A stretch of DNA of 36,977 bases from Candidatus Micrarchaeota archaeon (GCA_038046605.1 JBBSVW010000096.1:1-36977); one strand, 5' to 3'. Shown: positions 17,175 to 27,228, numbered from the stretch's first letter. Notes: generated by a model from the sequence alone, not told the origin. Numbers and translations are program-made.

Positions 17175-20000
17175 ATGGAGGAGCGTAAAACAGCATATTT
17201 CAATGTGCCAGCAGGTGGGGAGGCCATGACAAGCAACGGAAACACACACATAGGGAAAATCAGGAAGCGCGACGGCAGGATTGTCGAATTCAAGAAGGGC
17301 ATGATAGTTAGCGCCCTTTGGAAGGCTGCAAAGGCCGTTGGGGGAAAGGATAAGGCGCTTGCATCCGCGCTTGCCGATACCGTTGTCGACCAGATGGAAA
17401 AACTATTCGGGGAAGGCGCTACGCCAGGCGTTGAGGATGTGCAGGATATTGTTGAAAAAGTCCTAATCGAAGGCGGTTATGCAAAAACCGCCAAGGCATA
17501 TATCATTTACAGGCAGCAGCGCGCCGAACTTAGGGAGGAAAAAAAGCGCGTGCTTGAGAAGGAGGAAATCGACGAGGTCGACAAGCGCTTTGATTTGAAC
17601 GCCCTAAAAGTGCTAAAGGCGCGCTACCTGCGCAAAAGCGAGGATGGAAAGCTCATAGAAACGCCAAAGCAGCTATTCACAAGGATTGCGGTGCATTCGA
17701 CGCTTCCGAATATCATTTATGACGAAAGGGTCTTTGACCTAAAAGCCGGGCAAAAGGTTGCGCCGCACGAGGAATTCGATACCGCAACGCACGAATTCAA
17801 ATATTCAATTGGGAAATATCTTTTAAACCGCTACCATCTGGAAGCCCTAAAGCGGATGTTTGATCGGATGAACAAACTCCATCAGATGAGGATGCCATTT
17901 AGCAAATTCATGGAACTTTTCGCAACCGGCACATTTGCAGTGCACGAAAAGGAAATGGATGGGAATTACGATGTGATGGTTTCACGCAAGTTCATGCCAA
18001 ACACGCCAGCAATTGCCAACTTTGGGAATTCCCTGGGGATGGGAAGCGCTTGCTTTGTAATTGGTGTTGAAGATTCAATTGAAAGCATCATGGAGGGGCT
18101 CAAGAACACCGCAATTGTATTCAAATCAGGTGGAGGAATGGGCTACAACTTCTCGCAGCTTCGGCCGGAGGGGGATTTTGTTTCCTCCACATCCGGAATA
18201 GCAAGCGGGCCAATAAGCTTCATGCGCCTATTCGACACCATGACAGAAGTAATAAAGCAAGGCGGCATCCGCAGGGGCGCCAATATGGGAATACTTAACA
18301 GCAACCATCCCGACATAGAAAAATTTGTCAAGGCAAAGGAGGGGAACAGGGCGCTTCGCAACTTCAACATTTCCGTTCTTCTGATGCCCGATTTCTGGCA
18401 ATATTACGATAAAAACGAGCCGTATCCACTGGTCAACCCAAGGAGCGGCGAAACCGTGCGGACAATCAATCCAAGACGGCTCTTTGACATGATCGTCTAT
18501 CAGGCTTGGGAATCGGCGGAGCCGGGGGTCATATTCTATGATTCGGTAAACAGGTACAATCCCTTCCTGGATCACCTGGGGCCAATTGTCACAACAAACC
18601 CATGCGGCGAAGTGCTCCTTTACCCCTACGAATCATGCAACCTGGGCTCGATCAACGTTTGGCACTTTGCAAAGGAGGATGAGTTGGGGAAAACCTACTT
18701 CGATTGGGAAGGGCTAAAGGAAACAATCCTGCAAACTACGGAGCTTTTGGATAATGTGATCGATGTGAGCAAGCACCCATTGCAGCAATTCGAGGACATG
18801 ACCCTTGCAACAAGGAAAATCGGGCTTGGCCTCATGGGCTTTGGGGATTTGCTTTATGAAATGCGAATCGCATACAACTCCGATGAGGGCAGGGGTTTTG
18901 CCGAAAAGCTCATGGAATTCATCAACTACTGGAGCAAGGTTGGATCCATTGAACTTGCCAAGAAAAGGGGAAGCCTGCCATATTACAACAAGAGCTTTTA
19001 TCCGGAAGGGAAATTACCGCTCTCTGGGGCTTATGCTGCAAACAAGGAATTGGATTGGGACAAAATTGCGCAGGATGTGAAGAAATACGGCGTAAGAAAC
19101 GGCTACACAACCGTGATTGCCCCAACCGGCAGCATTTCCATGATTGCAGGCTGCAGCTCGGGAATTGAACCGGTCTACGCGCTCGTATTCGAAAAGAATG
19201 TGAAAGTGGGAAGCTTCTATTATGTGGATGGCGCCTTTGAAAAGGCCATGAAGGATGAGGGGCTCTACGATGAAAAATTGATGGCGGAAATCAACGATAG
19301 CGGCGGAAACATCCAAAGCGTCTCTTACATTCCCCCATCCCTGAAAAAGGTTTTCGTAACGGCAATGGATATCAGCCCCGAGGATCACATAAGGATGCTT
19401 GCGGCATTCCAGAATTGGACGGATTCATCCATCAGTAAAACCAACAACTTCCCTGCGGATGCCACAGTTGATGACATGCGCGAAAGCTACCTTCTCGCAT
19501 ACAGGCTTGGATGCAAGGATGTCACGGTCTTTAGGGATACATCAATCAAGGACCAGGTGCTGGTTGCCCCGCCTAAAAAAGTAGTGGCAAGCACGACAGT
19601 ACAGGCAACACATTCAGCAGGAAAAGAAACATCAATGGGTTCTGGCATAGGCGCAGGCAGGGAGGCAACAATGGGCGCAAATATGGCTAAGGGCGCAAAT
19701 GGGCATAGTTCAGCTAACGGAAATTCCAATATCCCCCAAGGTTCGACCCATTCGCAAAAACAGACAATGACAATCACAGCCGATTCGCTCCTCGAAAAGC
19801 ATGAGGCGGCCTACAAGGTCATGTCCGATGGCGGCTCTAGCCTGCCCCAGGCGGGCCCGCAAATGCATACGGGCTTTTCCGAAGTGAATTTTGGCGACAA
19901 GGGCATAACGCAATGCCCCGCCTGCACATCGCAGCAGCTTGAAAAGAAGGAGGGCTGCCTGACATGCGCGGATTGCGGATGGGGATACTGCTCGTCTTAA
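17175..20000 (+). CDS. nrdJ: adenosylcobalamin-dependent (class II) ribonucleotide reductase with ATP cone
   Basis: KRDGR ATP cone, PNTP, SACFV, RRGANM, TNPCGE..CNLGS, APTGSIS and a C-terminal Cys-rich tail; no class I YY motif and no nrdB nearby. Confidence 0.92.
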   Translation: MEERKTAYFNVPAGGEAMTSNGNTHIGKIRKRDGRIVEFKKGMIVSALWKAAKAVGGKDKALASALADTVVDQMEKLFGEGATPGVEDVQDIVEKVLIEGGYAKTAKAYIIYRQQRAELREEKKRVLEKEEIDEVDKRFDLNALKVLKARYLRKSEDGKLIETPKQLFTRIAVHSTLPNIIYDERVFDLKAGQKVAPHEEFDTATHEFKYSIGKYLLNRYHLEALKRMFDRMNKLHQMRMPFSKFMELFATGTFAVHEKEMDGNYDVMVSRKFMPNTPAIANFGNSLGMGSACFVIGVEDSIESIMEGLKNTAIVFKSGGGMGYNFSQLRPEGDFVSSTSGIASGPISFMRLFDTMTEVIKQGGIRRGANMGILNSNHPDIEKFVKAKEGNRALRNFNISVLLMPDFWQYYDKNEPYPLVNPRSGETVRTINPRRLFDMIVYQAWESAEPGVIFYDSVNRYNPFLDHLGPIVTTNPCGEVLLYPYESCNLGSINVWHFAKEDELGKTYFDWEGLKETILQTTELLDNVIDVSKHPLQQFEDMTLATRKIGLGLMGFGDLLYEMRIAYNSDEGRGFAEKLMEFINYWSKVGSIELAKKRGSLPYYNKSFYPEGKLPLSGAYAANKELDWDKIAQDVKKYGVRNGYTTVIAPTGSISMIAGCSSGIEPVYALVFEKNVKVGSFYYVDGAFEKAMKDEGLYDEKLMAEINDSGGNIQSVSYIPPSLKKVFVTAMDISPEDHIRMLAAFQNWTDSSISKTNNFPADATVDDMRESYLLAYRLGCKDVTVFRDTSIKDQVLVAPPKKVVASTTVQATHSAGKETSMGSGIGAGREATMGANMAKGANGHSSANGNSNIPQGSTHSQKQTMTITADSLLEKHEAAYKVMSDGGSSLPQAGPQMHTGFSEVNFGDKGITQCPACTSQQLEKKEGCLTCADCGWGYCSS

Positions 20001-20017
20001 GGAAATCGTGAAGTATA

Positions 20018-20464
20018 GTGAAATTATTTCTTTTTTCCCTTATTTTCCTAGCCACAACTATTTCCCTAATAGGATGCATTGGCTTGCAAAATCAACCGGG
20101 CATTTCAATTGCAACCATAAGCCCTGCGGCTATTCAGGATAATAATAATGCGAGCGCAAACATAACCATAACCCTCATCGTAAACGACGGTAAAATCAGC
20201 ACCACAAGGATAATTGAATCGCAAAGGGGAATTTCCGCACTTGAGGCATTCCAGAGGGTCGCGCAAATCGGCTATAAAAAATACCCCTTCGGCTCCTACG
20301 TCTATTCGGTTGGCGGCCTTAAGGAAAACACGGATAATTCCGGAAAATACTGGCAATACTACGTTGATGGAAGAATAGTCATGGTGGCAGTTGACAACTA
20401 CAAACTGAATTCAGATGCGGAACTAGAGTTCAGGTTCGAGAAGCAGAATCCGGCAATCAAGTGA
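20018..20464 (+). CDS. DUF4430 (transcobalamin beta-domain-like) lipoprotein
   Basis: Signal peptide ending LIGC; YVYSVGG..YWQYYVDG..VAVDNYKL..LEFRF. Confidence 0.8.
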   Translation: MKLFLFSLIFLATTISLIGCIGLQNQPGISIATISPAAIQDNNNASANITITLIVNDGKISTTRIIESQRGISALEAFQRVAQIGYKKYPFGSYVYSVGGLKENTDNSGKYWQYYVDGRIVMVAVDNYKLNSDAELEFRFEKQNPAIK

Positions 20465-20494
20465 TCAGGTTGGAATGATGGGCCGGATATGCAT

Positions 20495-20582
20495 TATAGC
20501 GGTTAAGTAAAATAATGGAACAATCAAATATGACCGCTATATTAGAATAAGGCAACAAAAAGTTCCAATAATTGCCTTATTC
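20495..20582. terminator. two 11-bp stem-loops between convergent genes
   Basis: TATAGCGGTTA/TGACCGCTATA and GAATAAGGCAA/TTGCCTTATTC. Confidence 0.4.
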
Positions 20583-20636
20583 GCTATAAGCAGGGGAAAT
20601 ATCGACTCCTCAATGCTTTGAATAGGGCAACAGCAT

Positions 20637-21251
20637 TCACTTTTGCATCAGGAATATCGCCGCATTCCACGCGCCCCTTTCGGCTGAGAGGCCGTTGTGC
20701 GAATAGCTCAGGATGAGCACGTCGCCGTCCTGCGCATTGAATTCATTCTTCAGTTCCTTTGCTACCTCCCCCCTGACGAAATCGTTGCTTTCGGAGCCGG
20801 GGAACGCGAACCTCCCTTTTTTCACCATCAAAACGGTTGCACCGGAGGCGCCCGCCCGGATTGCCTCATCGCGCTCTTCCAATCCTTTCTTCAATTTCCT
20901 TCCAAGCGCACGCAAATGGATGCCAAATGCAGGGTGATTGAAGGTAATCGGGCTGCCCCTCACGCCGGAAACCTTCAAAACGGATTTTTTTATTGCATGA
21001 ATGAAGCCTAATCCCCGGTTTGTAAGAGTGCATCCTTGCTTTGTTATCCTCACTAGCCCTTTTTTGGAGAAATGCGCCAAAATGCTCCTGGTGCTTCCCT
21101 CGCCAACCGCAAGCTTTTGCGAAAGTGATTTCCGCGAGATTTCTCCCTGTGAGAGTATCCAAAGCGCCCGCGCCAAATCCACCCGCATGAACGATGGGGA
21201 GGGCCCCTTTCCCGCTTTTCCTTTTTTGAGCAATGCGTCGAAAGATCCCAT
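20637..21251 (-). CDS. wHTH plus DUF4443 putative transcriptional regulator
   Basis: ISRKSLSQKLAVGEGSTRSIL..GCTLTNRG wHTH; GLEERDEAIRAGASGAT..DGDVLIL. Confidence 0.75.
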   Translation of the reverse strand: MGSFDALLKKGKAGKGPSPSFMRVDLARALWILSQGEISRKSLSQKLAVGEGSTRSILAHFSKKGLVRITKQGCTLTNRGLGFIHAIKKSVLKVSGVRGSPITFNHPAFGIHLRALGRKLKKGLEERDEAIRAGASGATVLMVKKGRFAFPGSESNDFVRGEVAKELKNEFNAQDGDVLILSYSHNGLSAERGAWNAAIFLMQK

Positions 21252-21407
21252 AACTAACCCGACGCATCCGTAGTTTATATTATTTTTCATCCGGATGGTT
21301 TTGCACAAGAAGTGAGGGCATTATGCCCGGGCTTGGGTTTGGGCATATCCGGTTCCGCAGCCCATTAAACTTTTAATCCGGATGCCGCGCAACCCTTTTA
21401 AACCTTA

Positions 21408-21444
21408 TTGGATATATAATCCAACGGTTGGATGAACCATCCAA
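21408..21444. promoter_or_regulatory. tandem TTGGAT-N5-ATCCAA operators
   Basis: Perfect sites at 21408-24 and 21428-44 (20-bp period) between TATA TTTTAAA (about 21396) and SD GAGGGGGG. Confidence 0.75.
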
Positions 21445-21461
21445 TAAGAGGGGGGATGATT

Positions 21462-22862
21462 ATGTACGATGGAAACAGGAAGGGACGGATCGCATTGGTG
21501 TCAATAATTATTTTTGGGCTAGCATCCGGATTAGTGAACGCGGATGCAAACCTTACTCTTGCGGCGGATTTCCTGAAAGGCAGGCAGCTTGCCGACGGCT
21601 CATTTGATCCATTCTCATCCCCAAATTCAGCGGCTGCCGCAATGGCACTTTTTGCCTTCGAGGGAAATTCCACAAATGTGAGCGCTGCCCTGCAATACCT
21701 CAAATCCGACCTTGAGAACCCTGCGTCATACTCGTGGGCGGAGGCGGATATCCCAGGAATCAGCCTTTTCACGTACGCATTATTTGGGAATATGAGTGGG
21801 TTGAACATAAGCGATGTTTCCGGAAGGCTTATTTCAATGCAAGGAATTGGAGGGGGATTTAAGGGCTATTCCCAATGCGTTGAAAACTGCAAAGATCCCG
21901 ACTGGGCAAAACAGGTGTGGGCGCCATCCGAGGATTCAATTTCAACGGCAATGGCATTGCTCGGGTTGAATGCAGCCGGAGCATTAAATGAGACCATAAA
22001 AAACGAATCCGCAAATTTCCTCATTTCGTTGAAAAATTCCGACGGTTCGTTCAACCTGACAAATAGCGTGATCGTTGGCGATTTCTGGTCGCTTGGGCCC
22101 GATATCTACTCCCAGACGGGATTTGTAACATTGGCATTGAAAGAAATTGGCTACGATGAGGCGGATTTGCTTGGCCCCCTAGCATTCCTTCGAAATTCGA
22201 CGGCCTCAAATTTCAACAACAATTCGAATGCAACATTCGCACCGGCTATTGTCAGCTACGTCCTCTTCCTATTCGGCGACACAAACAATTCACTTATTGC
22301 CGCCCAAAACCTGCGCTGCCTCCAAAACCCCGATGGCGGCTACCGCGATACCCTAAGATTTGGCGCCGGATCAAATGCTTTGGATACTGCTTTTGCAATT
22401 ATGGCCATGAAAAACCACTTTTCCGGCGCGATTATTTGCCATTCTGAAATTCCTCAGTCGCCTAGCCCCACGCCAACTGCAACCTCAACTCCTGCAACGG
22501 ATTCATCAAGTTCCTCATCGGGCCCAAACACCAATTACATCCCCCCGGCAGCCACGCCAACAAGAAGGCCTTCCACCTCGCCATCTCCAACAACAATCGC
22601 ATCGGCATCCCCGCCTGCAAATAAAAAGATAATTCCATCCGCCATTTCCCCCTCCCCCACACCTAAAGTTTCTTTGCAACCCGCAACGAATAATAAGCCA
22701 ACCGCACAAAGCACTCAAGAAGCAAGCGCAAAGGCAATTTCAACAAATGATACAACACCTGCAACAGGATTCTTTTCGGGCGGAGTATCAAGCATAATTT
22801 ACGGCGCAATCCTATTCATGGCGCTTGGCGGGGCATACCTTTACATTTCCAGGAAAAAGTGA
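21462..22862 (+). CDS. secreted, C-terminally anchored prenyltransferase/squalene-cyclase-repeat alpha/alpha barrel
   Basis: Signal peptide; QLADGSF, KNSDGSF and QNPDGGY repeats; DTAFAIMAM; S/T/P linker; TGFF plus TM plus RKK; start could be 21456. Confidence 0.8.
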   Translation: MYDGNRKGRIALVSIIIFGLASGLVNADANLTLAADFLKGRQLADGSFDPFSSPNSAAAAMALFAFEGNSTNVSAALQYLKSDLENPASYSWAEADIPGISLFTYALFGNMSGLNISDVSGRLISMQGIGGGFKGYSQCVENCKDPDWAKQVWAPSEDSISTAMALLGLNAAGALNETIKNESANFLISLKNSDGSFNLTNSVIVGDFWSLGPDIYSQTGFVTLALKEIGYDEADLLGPLAFLRNSTASNFNNNSNATFAPAIVSYVLFLFGDTNNSLIAAQNLRCLQNPDGGYRDTLRFGAGSNALDTAFAIMAMKNHFSGAIICHSEIPQSPSPTPTATSTPATDSSSSSSGPNTNYIPPAATPTRRPSTSPSPTTIASASPPANKKIIPSAISPSPTPKVSLQPATNNKPTAQSTQEASAKAISTNDTTPATGFFSGGVSSIIYGAILFMALGGAYLYISRKK

Positions 22863-22868
22863 AAAAAA

Positions 22869-23417
22869 ATGGCTAACGGACTTAAATTCACCCTCGGGCT
22901 CGCATTCGTTTCACTTATCCGGCTAATCCCAATGCCCCTTCCCAACATGGAGCCAATCATGGCAACAATGCTGCCATTTGCCAGGAAATACGGAAAGGTT
23001 GCCGGCTTTTTGTTTTCATTCCTTGCACTGCTATCATTTGATTTCATTTCGGGAAGGGTTGGGATGTGGACGGTTTACACTGGAATTGCCTACGGAATCA
23101 TTGGATTTGCTGCCGGAAAATACTTCTCAAGCAATAATAGGCAAAAAATGAAATATTACCTCGGATTTGGGCTCGTGGGCACCATATTTTATGATGCAAT
23201 CACAGCGTTCATTTTCGGGATTCAATTTGGTCAGCCACTTGCAATGACAATTGCCGGGCAGATACCTTTCACGATTTACCATCTTATTGGAACTGCCGCA
23301 TTTATCCTAGTGCTTACCCCAGTAGTGAATAGGATTATAGTGGAAAATCCGATGCTCGAATTAGGGGGAGTTGGCGCAAAAAGGCCCTTTGCGGCAAAGC
23401 ATCAGAAGAGGGATTGA
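22869..23417 (+). CDS. ECF S-component-like membrane protein (CbrT/BtuM-like, putative cobalamin)
   Basis: 182 aa, about 6 TM; RLIPMPLPNMEPIMA N-terminal motif; PF..H near the C-terminus. Confidence 0.65.
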   Translation: MANGLKFTLGLAFVSLIRLIPMPLPNMEPIMATMLPFARKYGKVAGFLFSFLALLSFDFISGRVGMWTVYTGIAYGIIGFAAGKYFSSNNRQKMKYYLGFGLVGTIFYDAITAFIFGIQFGQPLAMTIAGQIPFTIYHLIGTAAFILVLTPVVNRIIVENPMLELGGVGAKRPFAAKHQKRD

Positions 23418-23421
23418 GGGC

Positions 23422-23488
23422 ATTTTTCCCTAACTATTTTTCAGCACTAAAAAAGGAATTGAATGAATTTTTCCCTAATTATTTTTCA
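23422..23488. repeat. 22-bp direct repeat duplicating the NYN gene stop region
   Basis: 23422-43 vs 23467-88, 21/22 identical; the mismatch is TAG vs TAA stop on the minus strand. Confidence 0.8.
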
Positions 23489-24126
23489 ATTGCTGCATCA
23501 ACTTTGGATTTTTCCTCGACGGGCTTTTGGGAAATGCTTGGCTCTGATTTTTTGCCAGGTAAATCGGGTTTTTGCTCAATCCTTTCCTCATTGTGCACCC
23601 TACGTTCCCTGCCATAGTCCCTCCTATCTTCCCTAGGTTCCCTTCGCTCCATCAGCGCACCTTCCGCTTTCAAGTCAATCACAATATCGGCGGTGTTCTT
23701 TAGGGCGGATGAAAAATCCGGCTCGGTGCCAACAATTATGGTATCCTTCCCGTGCTCTTTTGCCTTTGTAAGCACTGGCTTGTAATCCGAATCCCTCGAA
23801 ACAATAGTTATGATGTCAATGTACGGCGAAAACATGTATTCCGTTGCCTCAATTGCAAGGGCAACATCAACATCCGAGGGTATGATCACTACCTCATAGC
23901 CCTGGTTTGTGACAGCCTCGATTAGCTTGTCGCTTGCGAATTGGTCAAGGAAGACCTTTGCGACCTTTATTTTCCCGTATTTTTGGAGCTTCTTTTTGAC
24001 CTTGTCAAGATCGATCCCCAGTTCCTTGCGGATCATATTTGGCCCATCCACAAGAACTGCCATGTTCTTCTCTTTGGGCTTTTTTAGAATATCCTTCATC
24101 TGATCCAAAACATTAGCCATGGCCAT
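23479..24126 (-). CDS. NYN domain protein (TIGR00288-like)
   Basis: VDGPN, DVDVALA and SRDSDY motifs. Confidence 0.88.
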   Translation of the reverse strand: MAMANVLDQMKDILKKPKEKNMAVLVDGPNMIRKELGIDLDKVKKKLQKYGKIKVAKVFLDQFASDKLIEAVTNQGYEVVIIPSDVDVALAIEATEYMFSPYIDIITIVSRDSDYKPVLTKAKEHGKDTIIVGTEPDFSSALKNTADIVIDLKAEGALMERREPREDRRDYGRERRVHNEERIEQKPDLPGKKSEPSISQKPVEEKSKVDAAIEK

Positions 24127-24318
24127 GAAAACCACCTTTAAGAAATGATCAAAACAATCGAAATTATGGAATTAAAGTGCAAAATGGGCTTTTTATACCA
24201 GCCTGTTTGTTGAACCTTTAGAATAAGCGCCATATGCGTTGAACGGACGCATTGGAAATGCAACTTCAAAAATACGGGCCTGATCAGACCAAAGCAGCAA
24301 CTTATCCAATTCGAATGC

Positions 24319-24888
24319 CTACTGCCACGTAAGGGAGGCAATCGAAAGCAAATTGTAAAACATATGCGCAAGGATGGGCGCGGCAATCGACTTCCGTTTG
24401 GCAACATAAAAAGAAAGCAATAGCCCAAGGGTGAATGCGCCAACGATTTCGGCAACCGAATTGTAAAGTGCGTGCGAAATGCCAAAGGCGGCGGCGCTAA
24501 AAAGCATGCCAAATCGGCGCTGCAAAAGCCCCCTGAAAAAGACCTCCTCGGCAATTGGCGAAACGAACATTGCAACAATCAAAACGATTGATGTTTGCCT
24601 TTTTATGAGCTCACTCACCTTATCCAAATCCAAAAGCCCAAGCTGGAACAAAACCGCGGATTCGAGGGCGGTTAGTGCCAGCATTGCAATTACGAGGATA
24701 AAGGCATAGGCAATGGTTGCAGGTAGGCCGGAAAATGGCGAATAATCGGACTTGTTGACAAAGAGGTATTGCAGGGATTTTGGCAAGGATTTGCCCCCAA
24801 GTTTTAGGATGAGGAAGGGGATGAAAAAAAGCAGCAAGGGCAGGAATAGCGCATTTGCAAGATCTGCGATTGTTGCCATACCCATCAT
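24319..24888 (-). CDS. CPBP (CAAX/Abi) intramembrane metalloprotease
   Basis: AEEVFFRG, FGISH and AHMFYN motifs. Confidence 0.9.
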   Translation of the reverse strand: MMGMATIADLANALFLPLLLFFIPFLILKLGGKSLPKSLQYLFVNKSDYSPFSGLPATIAYAFILVIAMLALTALESAVLFQLGLLDLDKVSELIKRQTSIVLIVAMFVSPIAEEVFFRGLLQRRFGMLFSAAAFGISHALYNSVAEIVGAFTLGLLLSFYVAKRKSIAAPILAHMFYNLLSIASLTWQ

Positions 24889-24993
24889 CCAAACGCTTGA
24901 GGAATAAAAAAATAAAGCAATAAGGTGAAATATTAGTAAAAATAAAAAAAATAAAGGAAAAAAAAATAAAAAGAAAGGAAAAAGCCAGCGCCC

Positions 24994-26355
24994 TTATTCC
25001 GCGAGTACTATCTTGACGCCGCTTGGCTTCCTTGTTATGTTTCCTGCCCTTATCCCGGCTGCAAATGATACCCCCTTCTGCTCGCACAAATCAAGCAATC
25101 GCTGCGTGACAATCCCATCGAGGATGACCGCAAAAACGCCGGTTGTTTCCGTGAGCACTTTCATGATCTCGCGGATTGGCGCTTCCCCAACCTCATTCAT
25201 GTCTGAATTGTAGAATTTCGCCTTTAGGGAGCCTTCGAGGGTTTTCATGTTCGCGCGAAGGAAATCAACCTTAGCAGTATCCTCCGGGGAAACAACATCC
25301 TGGATTGGAGCTACTGGCGCTTGGGCTTGCTGAATTGGAGCATCCGATTGCAAATCCGCCTGTGGAGCTGGGTCTGATGCTAATGGGCCCCTGGCACCCC
25401 CTATTGGCGCTCCCCCCCCATTTCCGTTTGCTGGCGAACCAACCTTCTGGTACCACCCCTCCTCGCGCTTCTTATCAAAGCGCTTGCGGTTGTCATAGCG
25501 GTTTTCGCGGCCTTCAATCTGCTCTTTTAGTTCCGTTTCCGCCTGCTCGCCAGGTATCTTCCGCCTAAGGGCCATTATGATTTCCTTCCGGGTCAGCTCT
25601 TCAACTTCCTTGCCCGTTGGCGCCCTGGCAACAAAATCAATGTTGCCGGCATGCAGCATTTCGCGAAGGATGATATCCCCGCCCCTATCCCCGTCAAGGA
25701 AGAGGGTCGCATCCTTTTTCTGCGAGAGCTCGACTATGGTTTTGCCAACATTTGCGCCCCCGATTGCTACGACATTTTTCATGCCGTTTCGGAGCATATT
25801 GACAACATCAGCCCTGCCCTCCACGATGATGATTGCCTCGCTCTTTTCAATATCGGGGCCGCATGGCAATTTGTCCTCGCCATATGTTGCGACCTCGGCA
25901 ATCTTGACATCCGCGCGCACCATTTCGGCAAGCTCCTTGCTCTCAGGAATTTCGTCCATGATGACATTCTTGAGAAGCGCTTTTGCGCGGTCAAGAAGCA
26001 TCTTGCGCTTGAGGTTCCTTGTATCCTCGATTTTTTCAGTGTTGATCCTGGCCTCGCACGGCCCAACCCTATCGACAATTTCAAGGCTGGCTGCCAAAAT
26101 TGAAGTTTCGACCATGTCCAGGCTCGAAGGGATCAGGATGTTCCCAAAACTCTTGCCGTTTCGCATCTGCACATTGACCTCAATGCGGCCAATCCGCCCA
26201 TTCTTCTGGAGCTCCCTCAAATCAAGCTCATCCCCAAGGAGCCCTTCGGTTTGCCCGAATATCGCGCCCACAATGTCTGGCTTTTCAACTATCCCATCGA
26301 TTTCGAAATTCGCCTTCACCAAATACTTTACCGTGTCTATGTAAGTCTTTCCCAT
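24994..26355 (-). CDS. dnaG: archaeal DnaG (TOPRIM primase/exosome-associated)
   Basis: KPDIVGAIFGQTEGLLG, IVEGRADV and DGDRGG; SD GGTGAGG. Confidence 0.95.
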   Translation of the reverse strand: MGKTYIDTVKYLVKANFEIDGIVEKPDIVGAIFGQTEGLLGDELDLRELQKNGRIGRIEVNVQMRNGKSFGNILIPSSLDMVETSILAASLEIVDRVGPCEARINTEKIEDTRNLKRKMLLDRAKALLKNVIMDEIPESKELAEMVRADVKIAEVATYGEDKLPCGPDIEKSEAIIIVEGRADVVNMLRNGMKNVVAIGGANVGKTIVELSQKKDATLFLDGDRGGDIILREMLHAGNIDFVARAPTGKEVEELTRKEIIMALRRKIPGEQAETELKEQIEGRENRYDNRKRFDKKREEGWYQKVGSPANGNGGGAPIGGARGPLASDPAPQADLQSDAPIQQAQAPVAPIQDVVSPEDTAKVDFLRANMKTLEGSLKAKFYNSDMNEVGEAPIREIMKVLTETTGVFAVILDGIVTQRLLDLCEQKGVSFAAGIRAGNITRKPSGVKIVLAE

Positions 26356-26431
26356 ATGCCTCACCTGTATTTTCAATGAATGTTTTTGCCATGGAAACCG
26401 CTACGGAAAAAATCAAATGAGAATTAGCCCA

Positions 26432-26509
26432 TTTTGAGCCCTATGCATTGTTGACTCCATTTCATCCAGTAAAGTCCTGGAGCCATCCATGCACAAAGGT
26501 TACTCAAAA
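26432..26509 (-). ncRNA. candidate structured RNA upstream of dnaG
   Basis: Three nested stems, completed by G-U pairs on the minus strand: TTTTGAG/CTCAAAA, CTTTGTGCAT/ATGCATAGGG, TGGCTCCA/TGGAGTCA. Confidence 0.45.
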
Positions 26510-26642
26510 AAACCCAATCATGGCAAAGGAAAAACCCAAAATGGATCTTATTTGCCGCTTCTGATAGGCCAAAAATTTTAGCCCATTCCTAAAAAAATTC
26601 AGAATATGAAAAGGCTCTTTTCTTGATTAATGTGAACTAATT

Positions 26643-27068
26643 CTATCTCAAATGCCCTTCGACTTTTTCCGCAATCAGGTCATACAAACTCGGCGATATC
26701 TTGACGATGTCCTTTTCGGATAGGATGCCTATAAGCTTTCCTTCCCTTAGAACCACCAACCGCCTAAGATCCTCATTTCCCATAAGCTTTGCAGCCTCTG
26801 AAATATCAGAATCAGGAGAAATGCCTACCAATGGCTTGCTTACAAGGGTTGCAATCTTGAAATTGCTCTTTAAGCCCTTTGCAACAGCCTTTTCGACCAG
26901 ATCCCTATCCGTCAAAATCGCATAAATCTTCTTGTTCTTATCCTTGACAAGAAGGCTTCCGATTTCCTTTGACTTCATTATTTTTGCCGCTTCCTGGATC
27001 GTTGCGCTGTCATTGATGGTTACAAGGGATGTCTTCATGATATCCCCGACCTTGATGCCTGTTTCCAT
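26643..27068 (-). CDS. CBS domain pair protein
   Basis: VGDIM..AAKIM..ILTDRD and RRLVV..GILSEKDI. Confidence 0.92.
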   Translation of the reverse strand: METGIKVGDIMKTSLVTINDSATIQEAAKIMKSKEIGSLLVKDKNKKIYAILTDRDLVEKAVAKGLKSNFKIATLVSKPLVGISPDSDISEAAKLMGNEDLRRLVVLREGKLIGILSEKDIVKISPSLYDLIAEKVEGHLR

Positions 27069-27228
27069 GCAACATTTAGGCTGTTGGAGTTTAAATACGT
27101 TGCCCATTAAACTGCGATTCTACGATTGGCGAAGTGAAAAAATCAACTTTTTGTTTCAATTATTTCTACCAAACACTATTATCCCCCATACGCACCCAAC
27201 CCATCAGATACAGTTAAATACTTACGCG

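Noticed and set aside
19560-19910. Intein or extra domain in NrdJ
   Set aside because: Low-complexity linker without intein motifs.
25577-26344. Long antisense ORFs (e.g. opposite dnaG, B3/4, argG)
   Set aside because: Shadow ORFs of well-supported genes.
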